DNA of 64,000 nucleotides from an uncultured Gammaproteobacteria bacterium (GCA_964511965.1 CAZEGF010000023.1:42887-106886), one strand, 5' to 3'; shown: positions 47,261 to 57,744, numbered from the stretch's first letter. The notes: generated from the letters alone by a model not told the origin. Program-made: numbers and translations.

Positions 47261-48706
47261 TCAAGTTTTGGAGTAGACAAAGAAATCCCCAATTTGAGAA
47301 TGGAGTAAATAATGAGTTCTGACATATGTGCCAATTGGACTGGTATCTTTGGGTGAAGTAAGTAAAACCACTTTAACATCTTTTGCTATTAAATTGTAAA
47401 TAACAGTTTCCTCATACATTTTTGACGGAATAAATCCGGGAAAATCATAAGCGGTTGGATTTTTTCTTTCTAGTGTGAAATATAAAAGTGGTGAATAGGA
47501 ATTAATAAAAATATAGTCGTCTTTTTTAGTATGTTTATCAATCAGATCTTGAAGGGCATATTGAGCAGATGAAAATTGAGGATTTGTAAAGACTTTTAGT
47601 CTACCTCCGATATACTGGTTATTTTCCGCAAGTATTCTGTCCCAACGGTAGTACCCACGAAATAATGCACTATGAAACCCAACAACTATAAGAAGTATAA
47701 AGAGGGAATAGATTGTAAGCTTGTTAAGAGTAGTTGGAAATTGATTTGCAATTATTATAAGTGGGATACCACAAAGGCTTAATATTGGGATGACGTGCAC
47801 ATAATCAGTTGTTGGTCGTATACCTACGAATAGAAATAGAGCAACAGTGAGTGGAATAAAAAGCAAATAATATCTTTTTCTATATAGTAGCAGTAAAGTG
47901 GCAATAGCGGAAAGATAGAGGGGGGAGAAGTAAAGAAGTGATCTTGACGCAACTTTTATTGGAGTATCATTGTAAAAAAGAGGCGTTGTAATGTCATTGT
48001 TGAGTAGTACCTTTCTTATAGTAAATTCATAAAAATCAGAGATAAAAGCACCAACTGAGTTTGTTAAAAGTAAGTAAATTCCAAACAAAATTACACCCCA
48101 TAATAGACCATAAATTGCATAAAGAATATGATTTTTTTTAAATTCTTTCGATGTGATCAGTGCGAATAGAACAGCAATAAAAATTATTCCAAAATTTTGT
48201 TTGAACAAAAAAACGAGAAATGATAAGAATCCTGCTGCAAACGGGACCCAGGAAATTGTTTTTGTGGCATTTTTTGACAGTATGTAAATAGTAAGCATCG
48301 AGACTGGAATGACAAACATTACTGGCCATGCAAAATTAATATGCGTCGGCCCCCATGCAAGATACATGGAAACACACACATATCCATAGACATCACGCTT
48401 TGTAATTTGTTTTGCAATCAAAAAAATAAGTATGGCGCTAATAAGGCTTACTAAGATCATGAGCAATCTTGATGCAAGTACTGAGTGCCCAAAGATACTA
48501 AAAAAAAGACTTACCAAAAAAACACTTCCAGGGGTATAACTGAAGTGGAAATCTTTGTATATCGTTTCACCACTTAAAATTTTTTGAGCACTATTAAGAA
48601 CGTATCCTTCGTCGTGAACTATTACACCTCTTGTATGGAAAAAAATCAAAAGAAGAAGAACAAAAAGGAAAAAATACAACGGAACTGATAACTTCATCCT
48701 GCCCAT
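47261..48706 (-). CDS. GT-C-like membrane glycosyltransferase
   Basis: HDEG....A..I..G..IYKDF...Y.PG, FKQNFG, P.LYF...RKNPT. Confidence 0.75.
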   Translation of the reverse strand: MGRMKLSVPLYFFLFVLLLLIFFHTRGVIVHDEGYVLNSAQKILSGETIYKDFHFSYTPGSVFLVSLFFSIFGHSVLASRLLMILVSLISAILIFLIAKQITKRDVYGYVCVSMYLAWGPTHINFAWPVMFVIPVSMLTIYILSKNATKTISWVPFAAGFLSFLVFLFKQNFGIIFIAVLFALITSKEFKKNHILYAIYGLLWGVILFGIYLLLTNSVGAFISDFYEFTIRKVLLNNDITTPLFYNDTPIKVASRSLLYFSPLYLSAIATLLLLYRKRYYLLFIPLTVALFLFVGIRPTTDYVHVIPILSLCGIPLIIIANQFPTTLNKLTIYSLFILLIVVGFHSALFRGYYRWDRILAENNQYIGGRLKVFTNPQFSSAQYALQDLIDKHTKKDDYIFINSYSPLLYFTLERKNPTAYDFPGFIPSKMYEETVIYNLIAKDVKVVLLTSPKDTSPIGTYVRTHYLLHSQIGDFFVYSKT

Positions 48707-48795
48707 GAATTCAACTCATTATAGCAAATATGAATAGTTTGATATATATGCAAATGATATATAAGTCACGTATAATTAAAACTTACTTAAAATTT

Positions 48796-49998
48796 ATGAT
48801 TAGAAAACAAATTCAAAAACTTTCAGAGAATAGAAATCTTGCAATTATTGCCGTTATTGCAGTAGTTAATGCATTGGGTTACGGAATTATTATTCCAATC
48901 CTTTACTCGTATTCAAGAAAATTTGGATTATCTGACTTTCAGAATGGACTCCTTTTTGCTTTGTTTTCTCTTTGTTCTTTTTTATCAACTCCACTTATTG
49001 GGAGATTATCCGATAAATATGGTAGAAAACCTTTATTGGTAATTTCTATTACAGGTACAGCAATTTCTTTTATTATTGCAGCATTTGCTCCAAGTGCAAT
49101 TTTTCTTTTCCTAGCAAGAGCTTTGGATGGTATAACAGCGGGTAATATTCCTGTTGCTTCTGCGGTTATTTCAGATACAACTCCACCACAGGATCGTGCT
49201 AGAGGATTTGGAATAATTGGTGCCTCATTTGGTTTTGGATTTCTATTCGGTCCGGCAATTTCTGCAGCAACTGTACAGTTCGGACTCAATGCGCCTTTTT
49301 TAATCGCGGCTGCTATTTCCATAATTGCTGTCTTGTTGACAGTATTTTTCTTGCCCGAAACAAACCAACATATTGGACAAGTTCAAAAAGGTAAAATATT
49401 TGATATTCCAAAACTTGTAAATTCTGTGTTTGACCCTAATGTAGGCAGAACTTTATTGATTTCTCTTATCTATAATTTTGCTTTTGCTATGTTTATATTT
49501 GCTTATCAACCATTTTTTGTAAAAGTTCTCCATCTTAATCCTGGACAGATCGCGTTACTTTTTATTCAATTCGGGATTGTAGGACTGATCATGCAGGTTT
49601 TTGTTATCCAAAAGATTGTACGTAAATTTGGTGAGAAGAAAGTTTTTATGGTCGCTCTTCTAATAGGTTCCATATCATATTTTCTTTTGTTTTTTGTAAA
49701 TACATTAGTTTTATTTGTAGCATTAGCTTTTGTTACAAGTGCGGCGAATTCATTTGTTGGTCCCCTGATTCAGACAATTCTTTCAAAAGAAACTGATGAA
49801 AGATCCCAAGGCTCAATTCAAGGATTAAACGCCTCCTATGTCAGTATTGGAAGTATTTTCGGTCCAATAGTTGCAGGTATTCTGGCAACATTCATTCTTC
49901 CTCTGCCTTTCTTTGCAGGATCGATAGTTTTATTCCTTTGTTTTGTATTGTCTTTTGGAATAGTACTAAGCAATCGTCATCTCCAGCACGCCTTTTAA
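48796..49998 (+). CDS. MFS transporter (TetA/DHA1-like efflux)
   Basis: GRLSDKYGRKP (motif A), AR.LDG.TAG, GF.FGPA; 12 TM; start moved to ATG 48796. Confidence 0.9.
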   Translation: MIRKQIQKLSENRNLAIIAVIAVVNALGYGIIIPILYSYSRKFGLSDFQNGLLFALFSLCSFLSTPLIGRLSDKYGRKPLLVISITGTAISFIIAAFAPSAIFLFLARALDGITAGNIPVASAVISDTTPPQDRARGFGIIGASFGFGFLFGPAISAATVQFGLNAPFLIAAAISIIAVLLTVFFLPETNQHIGQVQKGKIFDIPKLVNSVFDPNVGRTLLISLIYNFAFAMFIFAYQPFFVKVLHLNPGQIALLFIQFGIVGLIMQVFVIQKIVRKFGEKKVFMVALLIGSISYFLLFFVNTLVLFVALAFVTSAANSFVGPLIQTILSKETDERSQGSIQGLNASYVSIGSIFGPIVAGILATFILPLPFFAGSIVLFLCFVLSFGIVLSNRHLQHAF

Positions 49999-50001
49999 GA
50001 A

Positions 50002-51327
50002 TCAAAGCGGGTGAATATACCTGTAGGTTATAAGAATAGTAAGAAATATCAGAAAGTAGAACCAAGAGTTTGACAGGAAAACAAATAGTTTGTTTTTTTT
50101 AAGTATTGATGAAAGTAATAAGGGCACAAAAAATAATAGCAAAATTAGACGGAAAGTAGGTGAACTCAAACCATATTTTGCTTCAATACGATATTGTGTT
50201 GCAAACATTCCGATAAAAAGTGTGGCAACGAATATATACCAGTTTTTATTTTTTATTCCATCGACTAAGAGATTGGAAGTGAAAATTGCAAAGAAAGGAA
50301 AAAGCGGAATCATGTACCATCCCATTTCAGCTTTACTTGTTAGAAAAAACATGCACAAGAATAAATATAGGAATGATGGAATCAAAAGAAATTTGTTTTT
50401 TTCAAAATTTATGAAAGAAGCAAAAAAGCTTACAAACCCCAGTAAATACCACCCATCCAAATATTTTTTATTTACGGATATTGGATTGAAAAATAACATA
50501 TACAACGTATTAGGACCAATTTCTCTTGATGATTGGACAAATACGATTTGCTTAAATAATTCCCAGTTGTAGATGTATCCATAAAGCAAGTAAAGCAAAC
50601 CAAAAACAATAAAAATAAAACTTAAAAGTATAAGTTTTCTATAACTAACTTTTTGCATTAAAAGAAGACAAAATGAGGAAATAAAAACAACTATCCCTAA
50701 CTCCTTTACCCATAAACTCAAACCAGCTATAAGGCCGAGTGAAATGATGAGTTTATATGAAACTCTTTTTTTTACCGATGAAATTAAAAGAATAGAACCT
50801 AACAGTAAGGGTGTGAATAAATTCTCGGCAAAGACTGTTCTTGTTTCTATGACAAATATCGTTGCTGTTGAATAGATTAGAAGAGCCCAGAGAGCCGTTT
50901 TCTTTCCATATAATTTTAATGCGAGCAAATAAACCAGAAGAGATGTCATCATACCTAAAAGGATAGGAACCTGGCGGATTGTTTTTAGTGAAATTGCGTT
51001 AAAAGTTGTTTCTCCATTTATCATTGCCCAACCTCCAACTAAAATTCCGTAGAGAGGCGGGTGATCAAAATATGGAGTTACAATGGGGAAGTAGATGTGA
51101 TTAATCGTTAACTTTGAGGTTTTGGCATATGATGAATATGCAGGAAAATAAGACCATGAAGTAGGTACTCCTTTCTCAAGTAGACTTAATCCCAAGAATG
51201 AATATGTATACTCATCAGAAGAAGCACCTCTTGGTGGTTCATTTGTATAATTATTAATTCGAAGTAAAAGACCAATCAGTAAAATTAAAAGCAATAATAG
51301 ATTAGATTTTATTATTAAATTTTTCAC
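50002..51327 (-). CDS. GT-C glycosyltransferase (ArnT/PMT-like)
   Basis: DE..Y loop, DHPPL, R....EN, L..KE.G, WY.IP..PF. Confidence 0.78.
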   Translation of the reverse strand: MKNLIIKSNLLLLLILLIGLLLRINNYTNEPPRGASSDEYTYSFLGLSLLEKGVPTSWSYFPAYSSYAKTSKLTINHIYFPIVTPYFDHPPLYGILVGGWAMINGETTFNAISLKTIRQVPILLGMMTSLLVYLLALKLYGKKTALWALLIYSTATIFVIETRTVFAENLFTPLLLGSILLISSVKKRVSYKLIISLGLIAGLSLWVKELGIVVFISSFCLLLMQKVSYRKLILLSFIFIVFGLLYLLYGYIYNWELFKQIVFVQSSREIGPNTLYMLFFNPISVNKKYLDGWYLLGFVSFFASFINFEKNKFLLIPSFLYLFLCMFFLTSKAEMGWYMIPLFPFFAIFTSNLLVDGIKNKNWYIFVATLFIGMFATQYRIEAKYGLSSPTFRLILLLFFVPLLLSSILKKNKLFVFLSNSWFYFLIFLTILITYRYIHPL

Positions 51328-51821
51328 TTTATGTAAAGGTATACATCGCTTTTCATTTTTTCAATTTTCCAATTTTCAAATTGAAAATGATTGCTAACAA
51401 TCCTAGTCCCCGGACGCACTTCTTTTCTTAACTTATTTCCCAAATTTTTTGTCATATGCTTAGTACCCCAAATTGTAATATAGTCATATTTTGAAAAATC
51501 TGTTTGCCACATATCTTTAAGTAGTATTTTAGTTTTTTTTGCTTTTCTAATTCTAATACTAAATTTTGAATATAAATAAAGAATAGGGTTTATTTCAACA
51601 CCTGTTGCTATTAGTCCCATTTTTGCAGCTTTTATAACTATTCTCCCATCACCTGACCCAATATCAATAAGAGATTTTCCCTTTTTAACTTTTAAAAGCT
51701 CAAACATTGCATTTATTCGTTTTTCACCTAGTCCGGCATAAGGGGCGCCAAAAATAAGTGAATAAGAAAGTAATAGAATTATGTATAGAAGAACGAGCAA
51801 TATAAATATTTCAAAAATCAT
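51324..51821 (-). CDS. Membrane-anchored class I SAM methyltransferase (FAM173-like)
   Basis: N-terminal TM, GAPY, DIGSGDGRIV, GVEINP.L, PGTRIVSN.F. Confidence 0.82.
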   Translation of the reverse strand: MIFEIFILLVLLYIILLLSYSLIFGAPYAGLGEKRINAMFELLKVKKGKSLIDIGSGDGRIVIKAAKMGLIATGVEINPILYLYSKFSIRIRKAKKTKILLKDMWQTDFSKYDYITIWGTKHMTKNLGNKLRKEVRPGTRIVSNHFQFENWKIEKMKSDVYLYIK

Positions 51822-52147
51822 AATTTACAATCACATTTTTTATTTTTAAGTATTTCAATTTGTTCTTTTGGAGTGTGAACAAACTCAGTTTGAATTTTTT
51901 TACCTTTTGCTAGTCTTACATCAAGATCACTATGATGTTTGTACCCACGATTCATCATTTCCTGAACTAATAAATTGTGTCTTATATATAATGCTTTTAA
52001 TTTTCCGACCCATCTTAATGTTTCGGGATGCTTACTGTACCCCTTTTTGTTTTGCGTAATAATAGTCCAAAGGGCGTGAAGCTCTCGATGTTCACCCAAT
52101 AAGTGTTTCCTACATAGTATTTCCGGTGGAAGATCCCAAATTCTCAT
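51818..52147 (-). CDS. Pyrimidine dimer DNA glycosylase / T4 endonuclease V family
   Basis: MRIW...P..LC.KHLLGEHRELH, HP...RW, RH..LV.EM..RGY.H. Confidence 0.85.
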   Translation of the reverse strand: MRIWDLPPEILCRKHLLGEHRELHALWTIITQNKKGYSKHPETLRWVGKLKALYIRHNLLVQEMMNRGYKHHSDLDVRLAKGKKIQTEFVHTPKEQIEILKNKKCDCKL

Positions 52148-52155
52148 ATTTCAAA

Positions 52156-53571
52156 TTACCAAAATGTTACCCAATATTCGTTAATAGTCAGTACTAACAA
52201 TAATTGAAGAATAAGTATAGCTATAAATTGATAGGAAGAAAACTTATTATTAGTAATGAAATTTACCAAAGGTAGTAATAAAAACGGCACATATGGAATC
52301 CATATCCTTGCAACTTCTCCTCTAACGGACCCTGAGAAATTTACAATGAATAGCATTAGTAAAAACGATACAAATAATATATCAATTTTTTTTCTTTGGT
52401 TAACTATCAAATATATAAAAGTGAGTGTTAATGGAATTCCCAAAAATATAAAGAAGTCATATAAATTGTAAAAAACCCACGTTAAATAGTGTCTATTCTC
52501 AGGTAGTCCTTGCATAAGAACCGTAAACATTTTGATAGAGTCAAAACTAAAAAATATCCAAAGTATCATGGGCAAGATTAAATTTCCCAATAGAAAATAT
52601 AATCCAAAATTAAGTATCAATTCCTTTTTGAAATTAAATTTTGAAATTAAATAAGATAAATGTATTAAAACCAAAGGAAGAAGAGAGATACTGAAGTAAA
52701 CACCGACAGAAAAAACAATACCCGACAGAAAGAATAATAATTTATTCTTTGTACCTATACCTTTTAAAAAAACAATAAAAGATAATAAGGGGAAAATTGA
52801 TATGAAAGCATCGTTAATTGGTATAAAAAGTAAAACACTGGGAATAAATGAAAGCGCAACTTGTGTGCGAATTGCAATTTTAGAGTTGTAAAGTTTTTTT
52901 CCAATAAAATAGACTAGAATTCCGGTTAATGAAACAAGAAGTGGAATTAAAATTATGGAGAAAAAAGTTCCTAACATTTCATTTGGCGAAAGATTAACCC
53001 ATATCTGATTTATTAAATGAGTTGATGGGTTTACGTTTTTAACAAATACATTTAAAAAAGGAGTAAATTTAAAAAATTCATTAATCCAGTAAAAAAATAA
53101 GATTGCCAAAGGTGGATGTCCTTGAGCATGCATCGAAAATGACAAAACATTCGCATTATAGTTCTTCAAAAAGTCAGAAATAGAATTAATTTGCAAAGCA
53201 GTTGAAAAATATCCATTAACATCGGGATTTATTATGCGGCTCAGTAACCCATTTATTCCGGCACGATTTGCAAATAATAATGCAAATTGGAAAAAAAAGG
53301 TTAATAAAGCAAATATAAAAACAAAAAAAGACTCATGTTTTGAAAACCACTTTTTTTTGGTTTCAATCTTGTAAAACAACAATAATATTAAACTTCCAAC
53401 AAGAATAGGTAGCCAAATGTGTGGATAGGTATTTACAAAGTTATATTCCCATCGCCAGTCCGGAAAATAGGGGGCTGGTCCGCGTAAGTATGGACTAATG
53501 TCAAACGCTGCAGCTATGACAAATAATATAGTAAAGACAGAGGAAATAATAATAAATAATTTCGGCTTCAT
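52156..53571 (-). CDS. Polytopic membrane protein, GT-C-like
   Basis: H...HPP, P...LF...D, GEV.RIW.P motifs; about 11 TM. Confidence 0.7.
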   Translation of the reverse strand: MKPKLFIIISSVFTILFVIAAAFDISPYLRGPAPYFPDWRWEYNFVNTYPHIWLPILVGSLILLLFYKIETKKKWFSKHESFFVFIFALLTFFFQFALLFANRAGINGLLSRIINPDVNGYFSTALQINSISDFLKNYNANVLSFSMHAQGHPPLAILFFYWINEFFKFTPFLNVFVKNVNPSTHLINQIWVNLSPNEMLGTFFSIILIPLLVSLTGILVYFIGKKLYNSKIAIRTQVALSFIPSVLLFIPINDAFISIFPLLSFIVFLKGIGTKNKLLFFLSGIVFSVGVYFSISLLPLVLIHLSYLISKFNFKKELILNFGLYFLLGNLILPMILWIFFSFDSIKMFTVLMQGLPENRHYLTWVFYNLYDFFIFLGIPLTLTFIYLIVNQRKKIDILFVSFLLMLFIVNFSGSVRGEVARIWIPYVPFLLLPLVNFITNNKFSSYQFIAILILQLLLVLTINEYWVTFW

Positions 53572-55133
53572 CTCATTTTTTTCTTGTAAATATATACAAG
53601 GGCTTCGTTTTCTGTAGTGACAGTAAATACGAGTGTGTAATTTTTATAAAAATCTGAAGGTATTTTTACGGATCTGGTTACAACAATATAGTCTGAATTG
53701 TTAGGTTTTTCGATAAAGTCCGTTGTTTGATCTTGGCGGAGTCTGGGAAAAACGTATTTTGGTACAACTAATAGACCTACTTTTGATTTTTTTGCACCAT
53801 GAGCTCTTAACCAGAGACCTGCTTCTCTTTGTCCCTCACCCCACCAAGAAAAATCTAGATTATTGTGAATTGCCCCGGATCTTCCAATGAATTGATTGTA
53901 ATAATCCAGATAGTAGGGAAATGCTTTCGATTGCTCGTAAAACATAAATAATAATACCGGTATAAGTAGTAACAATTTATTCTTCCGCAAAAATTTTTTA
54001 AAACCTATGGTCGCAATTATCGCAATTGACGGATAAAGTATGACTACGTATCTTGTCCCTCCCAATTTAATACAAAAAATTGAATACAAAATTATTGTTA
54101 ATCCTACCCACCAAAGCAATAAATAATTTTTATAATTCCTTTCCTTTAAGCAAACAAAAATACCAACAAAAAAAGCTGCAAGAAGTGGAATTGAGGTTGC
54201 AAGTAAGAAGTATTGCCAATAGTAAAATGAAAGTCCTACAAAACGATTTTGGTGATACGATAAACTATCCAGAAGATACTTTGGAAAACTATGCCACTGG
54301 GTAGGCCAAATTGCAATCCCGAGAAAAAAAGCTATAAGAGGAATTAAGAATAGCTTCCAATTAAATATTTTTTTGTTCTTTGTTTCAAGAAAATTAATTC
54401 CTAACCATCCTGCTAAAAATGGAAAAACAATTATATTGTTATATCTTGTCCAAAAGAATAAACCTGACAATATTCCTGTAACAATATATGGTAGTAACTT
54501 ATTTGGTTTTTCCAAAAGTCTTTTAAAAACGATTATTAGTAGGCAAAAAAGAAATACTGATATTGATTCAAATGTAGCAAGTTGCCCCAGAAAAACAAAA
54601 CGCGGTGTAAGAAGTAGAAATAATCCCGGCAGCAAGCTCCACCTTTTACTCATATAAATACCGGCAATCATAACCGTTAGCATTACGGCTAGTGAATTAA
54701 AAATTGCAGAAAGAATACGGGCAAAAGTGTAGTCGTATGGAATAAGGTATGTGTTATAGCCAATTGTTGTGATGATGCTGTTGTCATTTAGAGTCCTATT
54801 ATAATCAGCTTCCGTAATTGCCATCCCGGTAAATGCATTTTTTAAAAGTAAAGCTTGTGAAGACTGAGCATACCCATAAATATATTTAGCAACCATAGGG
54901 TGTTCTGTGGCAACATTCCAGTGTCCTTCTGAAAAATCTCCAACTGAGATCAGGTTCCATGCAAGATGACCATAGTCCAACTTATATTCCTCATCCCAAG
55001 TTCTACCGATTTGGTTGAGACCAATTAAGTGAACAATAAACGCAACAAGAAATATCAAGAAATAAAATAATTTTGGAGCAGTTTCGATAGAAGTAAATAT
55101 TTTATTTAACTTTTTCATTATTATAAGTTTCAT
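53568..55133 (-). CDS. GT-C glycosyltransferase (ArnT/PMT-like)
   Basis: TWDE, EHP...KY, P........AT.E, RY....YP, PYYL.YYN, WGEG..EA..W. Confidence 0.78.
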   Translation of the reverse strand: MKLIIMKKLNKIFTSIETAPKLFYFLIFLVAFIVHLIGLNQIGRTWDEEYKLDYGHLAWNLISVGDFSEGHWNVATEHPMVAKYIYGYAQSSQALLLKNAFTGMAITEADYNRTLNDNSIITTIGYNTYLIPYDYTFARILSAIFNSLAVMLTVMIAGIYMSKRWSLLPGLFLLLTPRFVFLGQLATFESISVFLFCLLIIVFKRLLEKPNKLLPYIVTGILSGLFFWTRYNNIIVFPFLAGWLGINFLETKNKKIFNWKLFLIPLIAFFLGIAIWPTQWHSFPKYLLDSLSYHQNRFVGLSFYYWQYFLLATSIPLLAAFFVGIFVCLKERNYKNYLLLWWVGLTIILYSIFCIKLGGTRYVVILYPSIAIIATIGFKKFLRKNKLLLLIPVLLFMFYEQSKAFPYYLDYYNQFIGRSGAIHNNLDFSWWGEGQREAGLWLRAHGAKKSKVGLLVVPKYVFPRLRQDQTTDFIEKPNNSDYIVVTRSVKIPSDFYKNYTLVFTVTTENEALVYIYKKKMR

Positions 55134-56805
55134 TTACTTCATTTGAGAATTCAATTATTGTATCTCTTGGAATAGCTTGCTTCCTTATATATATAGTAAG
55201 TGTTGAGTTGTCTTTCGGAACTTTAATTGTTTCAACTTTTTCAAATGAATTAAGAATTTGTGGATTATTTTTTAAGGCTGAATTTACGGCAATAACATAT
55301 TTATATGCACCGGATCCAAAATAATTATCAGCAATAGTTCCTGATTTGGTAACAATAATTTGAGCGTTTGAAAAAAGTTTGTCTGCATAGTCACCGGATG
55401 ATTTAAAACTTGGAACCCCCATGCTTACAAAATTGCTTATGTTAAGAGGAGAAGTCGTGTGATGTTTATTCAAAGAATAAATTGGGTTGTCGATTGGATG
55501 ATATGAAAAAATAAATACTATTTGATCATCTTTTTTCTTATTTAGTTTTTGTAGATGTTCAAAAAGTTTTCTTGCATTGGTCTGCTCAGTTGTTGGTGGC
55601 CAGACTATAGAACTTGTGTGTACCAGTCTGGGATGACCCAAAGGCATTGGGATAAGAACAGAGGATAAGCCTTTTCCCATAGGTCCAATACCCCAAACAC
55701 ACCCAAAGAATGAAAAGACTGACAAAACCAAAACACCTGCAACAAAAAGTCTCTTTAATATTTTATTCATGATCAAGTCATACCCTGATAGAGAAATAAT
55801 TGCCATTATTGGGTAAATTGGCACAATATAACGGTCAGCTTTAATAATAGTTGCAAATGAAAATGCTAAATAAGGGATAAGAAATGCTAGAATTAGACTC
55901 ATTCTTCCTTTCCTTTTCCATATAAGCAAAGTCCCACCAACAATAAACAAAGTAAAATGGAAAATAGATAGTTGTTCAAATATTTTGAAATAGTAAGCTG
56001 CTGACTGAAGAGACACATGATGTTTTTGCTCTTGTGGTACTAATGTCCACAGACTTCCACCAAACATTTGTTTATCAACATATGTTCCAAAAAAACTACT
56101 GATATTTAAAATGTATGGCCAGATCCCAAAAAGGATTACCAAAAGAATTGAAACAGTAATTATTTTTATATGTTTTTTTAAGAATTTCTTTGTGTATATT
56201 TGTTTGGATGTTAATGAAACAATTAAAGGTCCGGCAACAAACAAGAGACTTACCCAGCGTGTGAGAAGTGCTAGCCCAAATGTTACCCCAAAAAGAATAG
56301 TAGGATTTTTTAGCGAAAAGTTTTTAGATTTTAAAAGGTAATATATTGCAACGGTTGTAAAGAAAGTTGTAGCAGTCTCAGAATACGTAAAATGAAGATA
56401 AAATAATGACCATCCATATGTGGCAAATAATATAGATGATAAAAGGCTTGCAGTTTTTCCGAAATAAAATCGTGATACCCCATACACTGCTAACATCGTT
56501 CCAATATAAAAAAATACATTTGCAAAAAGCATGATTTTATATGAATAAGAAAGACCTAAGATAAGTAAGACTGGAAGAACGAGTAAAGGGTATCCGGGTT
56601 GTCTATAGGGAAGATATTGAATTATTTCTACAGGTGAATTAAGAGTAGCGTGCTGAAGGATTTTATAATACCCGGTAACCATATCCATATAATTTTGCTC
56701 ATCCATTTCAGGATATTGTTGAGTTTTAACCGTATATATTGAGTGGCTTACAAAAATAATTATTGATACCAGGATGAGAAGAACAACGTGTATGTTTTTT
56801 GTCAT
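55102..56805 (-). CDS. GT-C glycosyltransferase (ArnT/PMT-like)
   Basis: MDEQNY, R.PGYP, SE, LTRW, K.DRY..P..P; start moved to ATG 56805 (ATGA overlap). Confidence 0.75.
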   Translation of the reverse strand: MTKNIHVVLLILVSIIIFVSHSIYTVKTQQYPEMDEQNYMDMVTGYYKILQHATLNSPVEIIQYLPYRQPGYPLLVLPVLLILGLSYSYKIMLFANVFFYIGTMLAVYGVSRFYFGKTASLLSSILFATYGWSLFYLHFTYSETATTFFTTVAIYYLLKSKNFSLKNPTILFGVTFGLALLTRWVSLLFVAGPLIVSLTSKQIYTKKFLKKHIKIITVSILLVILFGIWPYILNISSFFGTYVDKQMFGGSLWTLVPQEQKHHVSLQSAAYYFKIFEQLSIFHFTLFIVGGTLLIWKRKGRMSLILAFLIPYLAFSFATIIKADRYIVPIYPIMAIISLSGYDLIMNKILKRLFVAGVLVLSVFSFFGCVWGIGPMGKGLSSVLIPMPLGHPRLVHTSSIVWPPTTEQTNARKLFEHLQKLNKKKDDQIVFIFSYHPIDNPIYSLNKHHTTSPLNISNFVSMGVPSFKSSGDYADKLFSNAQIIVTKSGTIADNYFGSGAYKYVIAVNSALKNNPQILNSFEKVETIKVPKDNSTLTIYIRKQAIPRDTIIEFSNEVNETYNNEKVK

Positions 56806-57467
56806 TTTTCCCATATAGTTAATTTTCCAATCTCTACAAATCCTGCCCCTTTTGCATATTCTAAATCTTTATCTTTTTCATATCCAACGAGAGGTTTATT
56901 TTTATAATTAATATTGACAATTTCTGGCCATATATTTGAATTATTTTTGTCAAACACATTCGAAACTGAAATCACACCATCTGATTCATAGGTTATGAAT
57001 CCTGAAATTATTCCTGCCCCCTTCATCTTTGCATATATTCTAACTTTAGGTTTTAACAAAAGGTTAGGTAAAAAAATTCTATCTGAGGAGACATTTCCCC
57101 ACGCATCTTCCCAAAGAGCTAAATCTTCTTCTGTTGAAATCTGTGACCATTTTTCATTTTTAATATTTTCTTTATTATTTATATATCCTATCCATGAAGC
57201 AGTAAAGAGTTTTGAAAAACCCTGGGATTGTATGCTCAGAACAGCAAAACTATCTTTGACTGAAAAATGCTCAAAGGGAATTGTAGAGATTTCTTCAGCT
57301 TTCGATTCCGGTTTTAGTGTAATTAAATTAGGATAGTATTTTGGGACCAGGGATTTTGTTAACCAAACATTTGGGAGGAATTGAGTTTCGATTCCGTGAG
57401 TGGAGCAAATGAGGTCACACCAAGAAGCATTGTTTGCGACTGCTTTTTCTAGCAAGTCGTCATTCAT
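56802..57467 (-). CDS. Conserved hypothetical protein (possible GNAT-like fold)
   Basis: A..NNA.WCD..C..HG, YYPN.ITL, SVKDSF, LF.A.WI, VGYE, GF..IG.L.IW; start ATG 57467. Confidence 0.6.
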   Translation of the reverse strand: MNDDLLEKAVANNASWCDLICSTHGIETQFLPNVWLTKSLVPKYYPNLITLKPESKAEEISTIPFEHFSVKDSFAVLSIQSQGFSKLFTASWIGYINNKENIKNEKWSQISTEEDLALWEDAWGNVSSDRIFLPNLLLKPKVRIYAKMKGAGIISGFITYESDGVISVSNVFDKNNSNIWPEIVNINYKNKPLVGYEKDKDLEYAKGAGFVEIGKLTIWEK

Positions 57468-57712
57468 TTGCCCCACCTCCAGCGAGGCTTTTCACCAGTT
57501 TTCCAGCAAATGGCAATAAGAATTATGGTTGCAATTAATGTTTCTAAAATTAATCTGAATATGTAAGGTGAAGTAGTATCAAACATTGTGTCTAGAGCAT
57601 AAGCTCTATAAACAACAAATCCCGTGTATATCCCAAGAATTCCCCACCCTTGCCACGTGACAGGATACCATCCCCACCCATACCTTTTTGCTGCAAACCA
57701 CTTCTTAGTCAT
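57464..57712 (-). CDS. Small Trp-rich 2-TM protein
   Basis: WF.AKRYGWGWYP.TWQGW ... KTGEKPRWRWG. Confidence 0.75.
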   Translation of the reverse strand: MTKKWFAAKRYGWGWYPVTWQGWGILGIYTGFVVYRAYALDTMFDTTSPYIFRLILETLIATIILIAICWKTGEKPRWRWGK

Positions 57713-57744
57713 AATTTTATTCTATCAAAAGTTAATCGGAGAAA

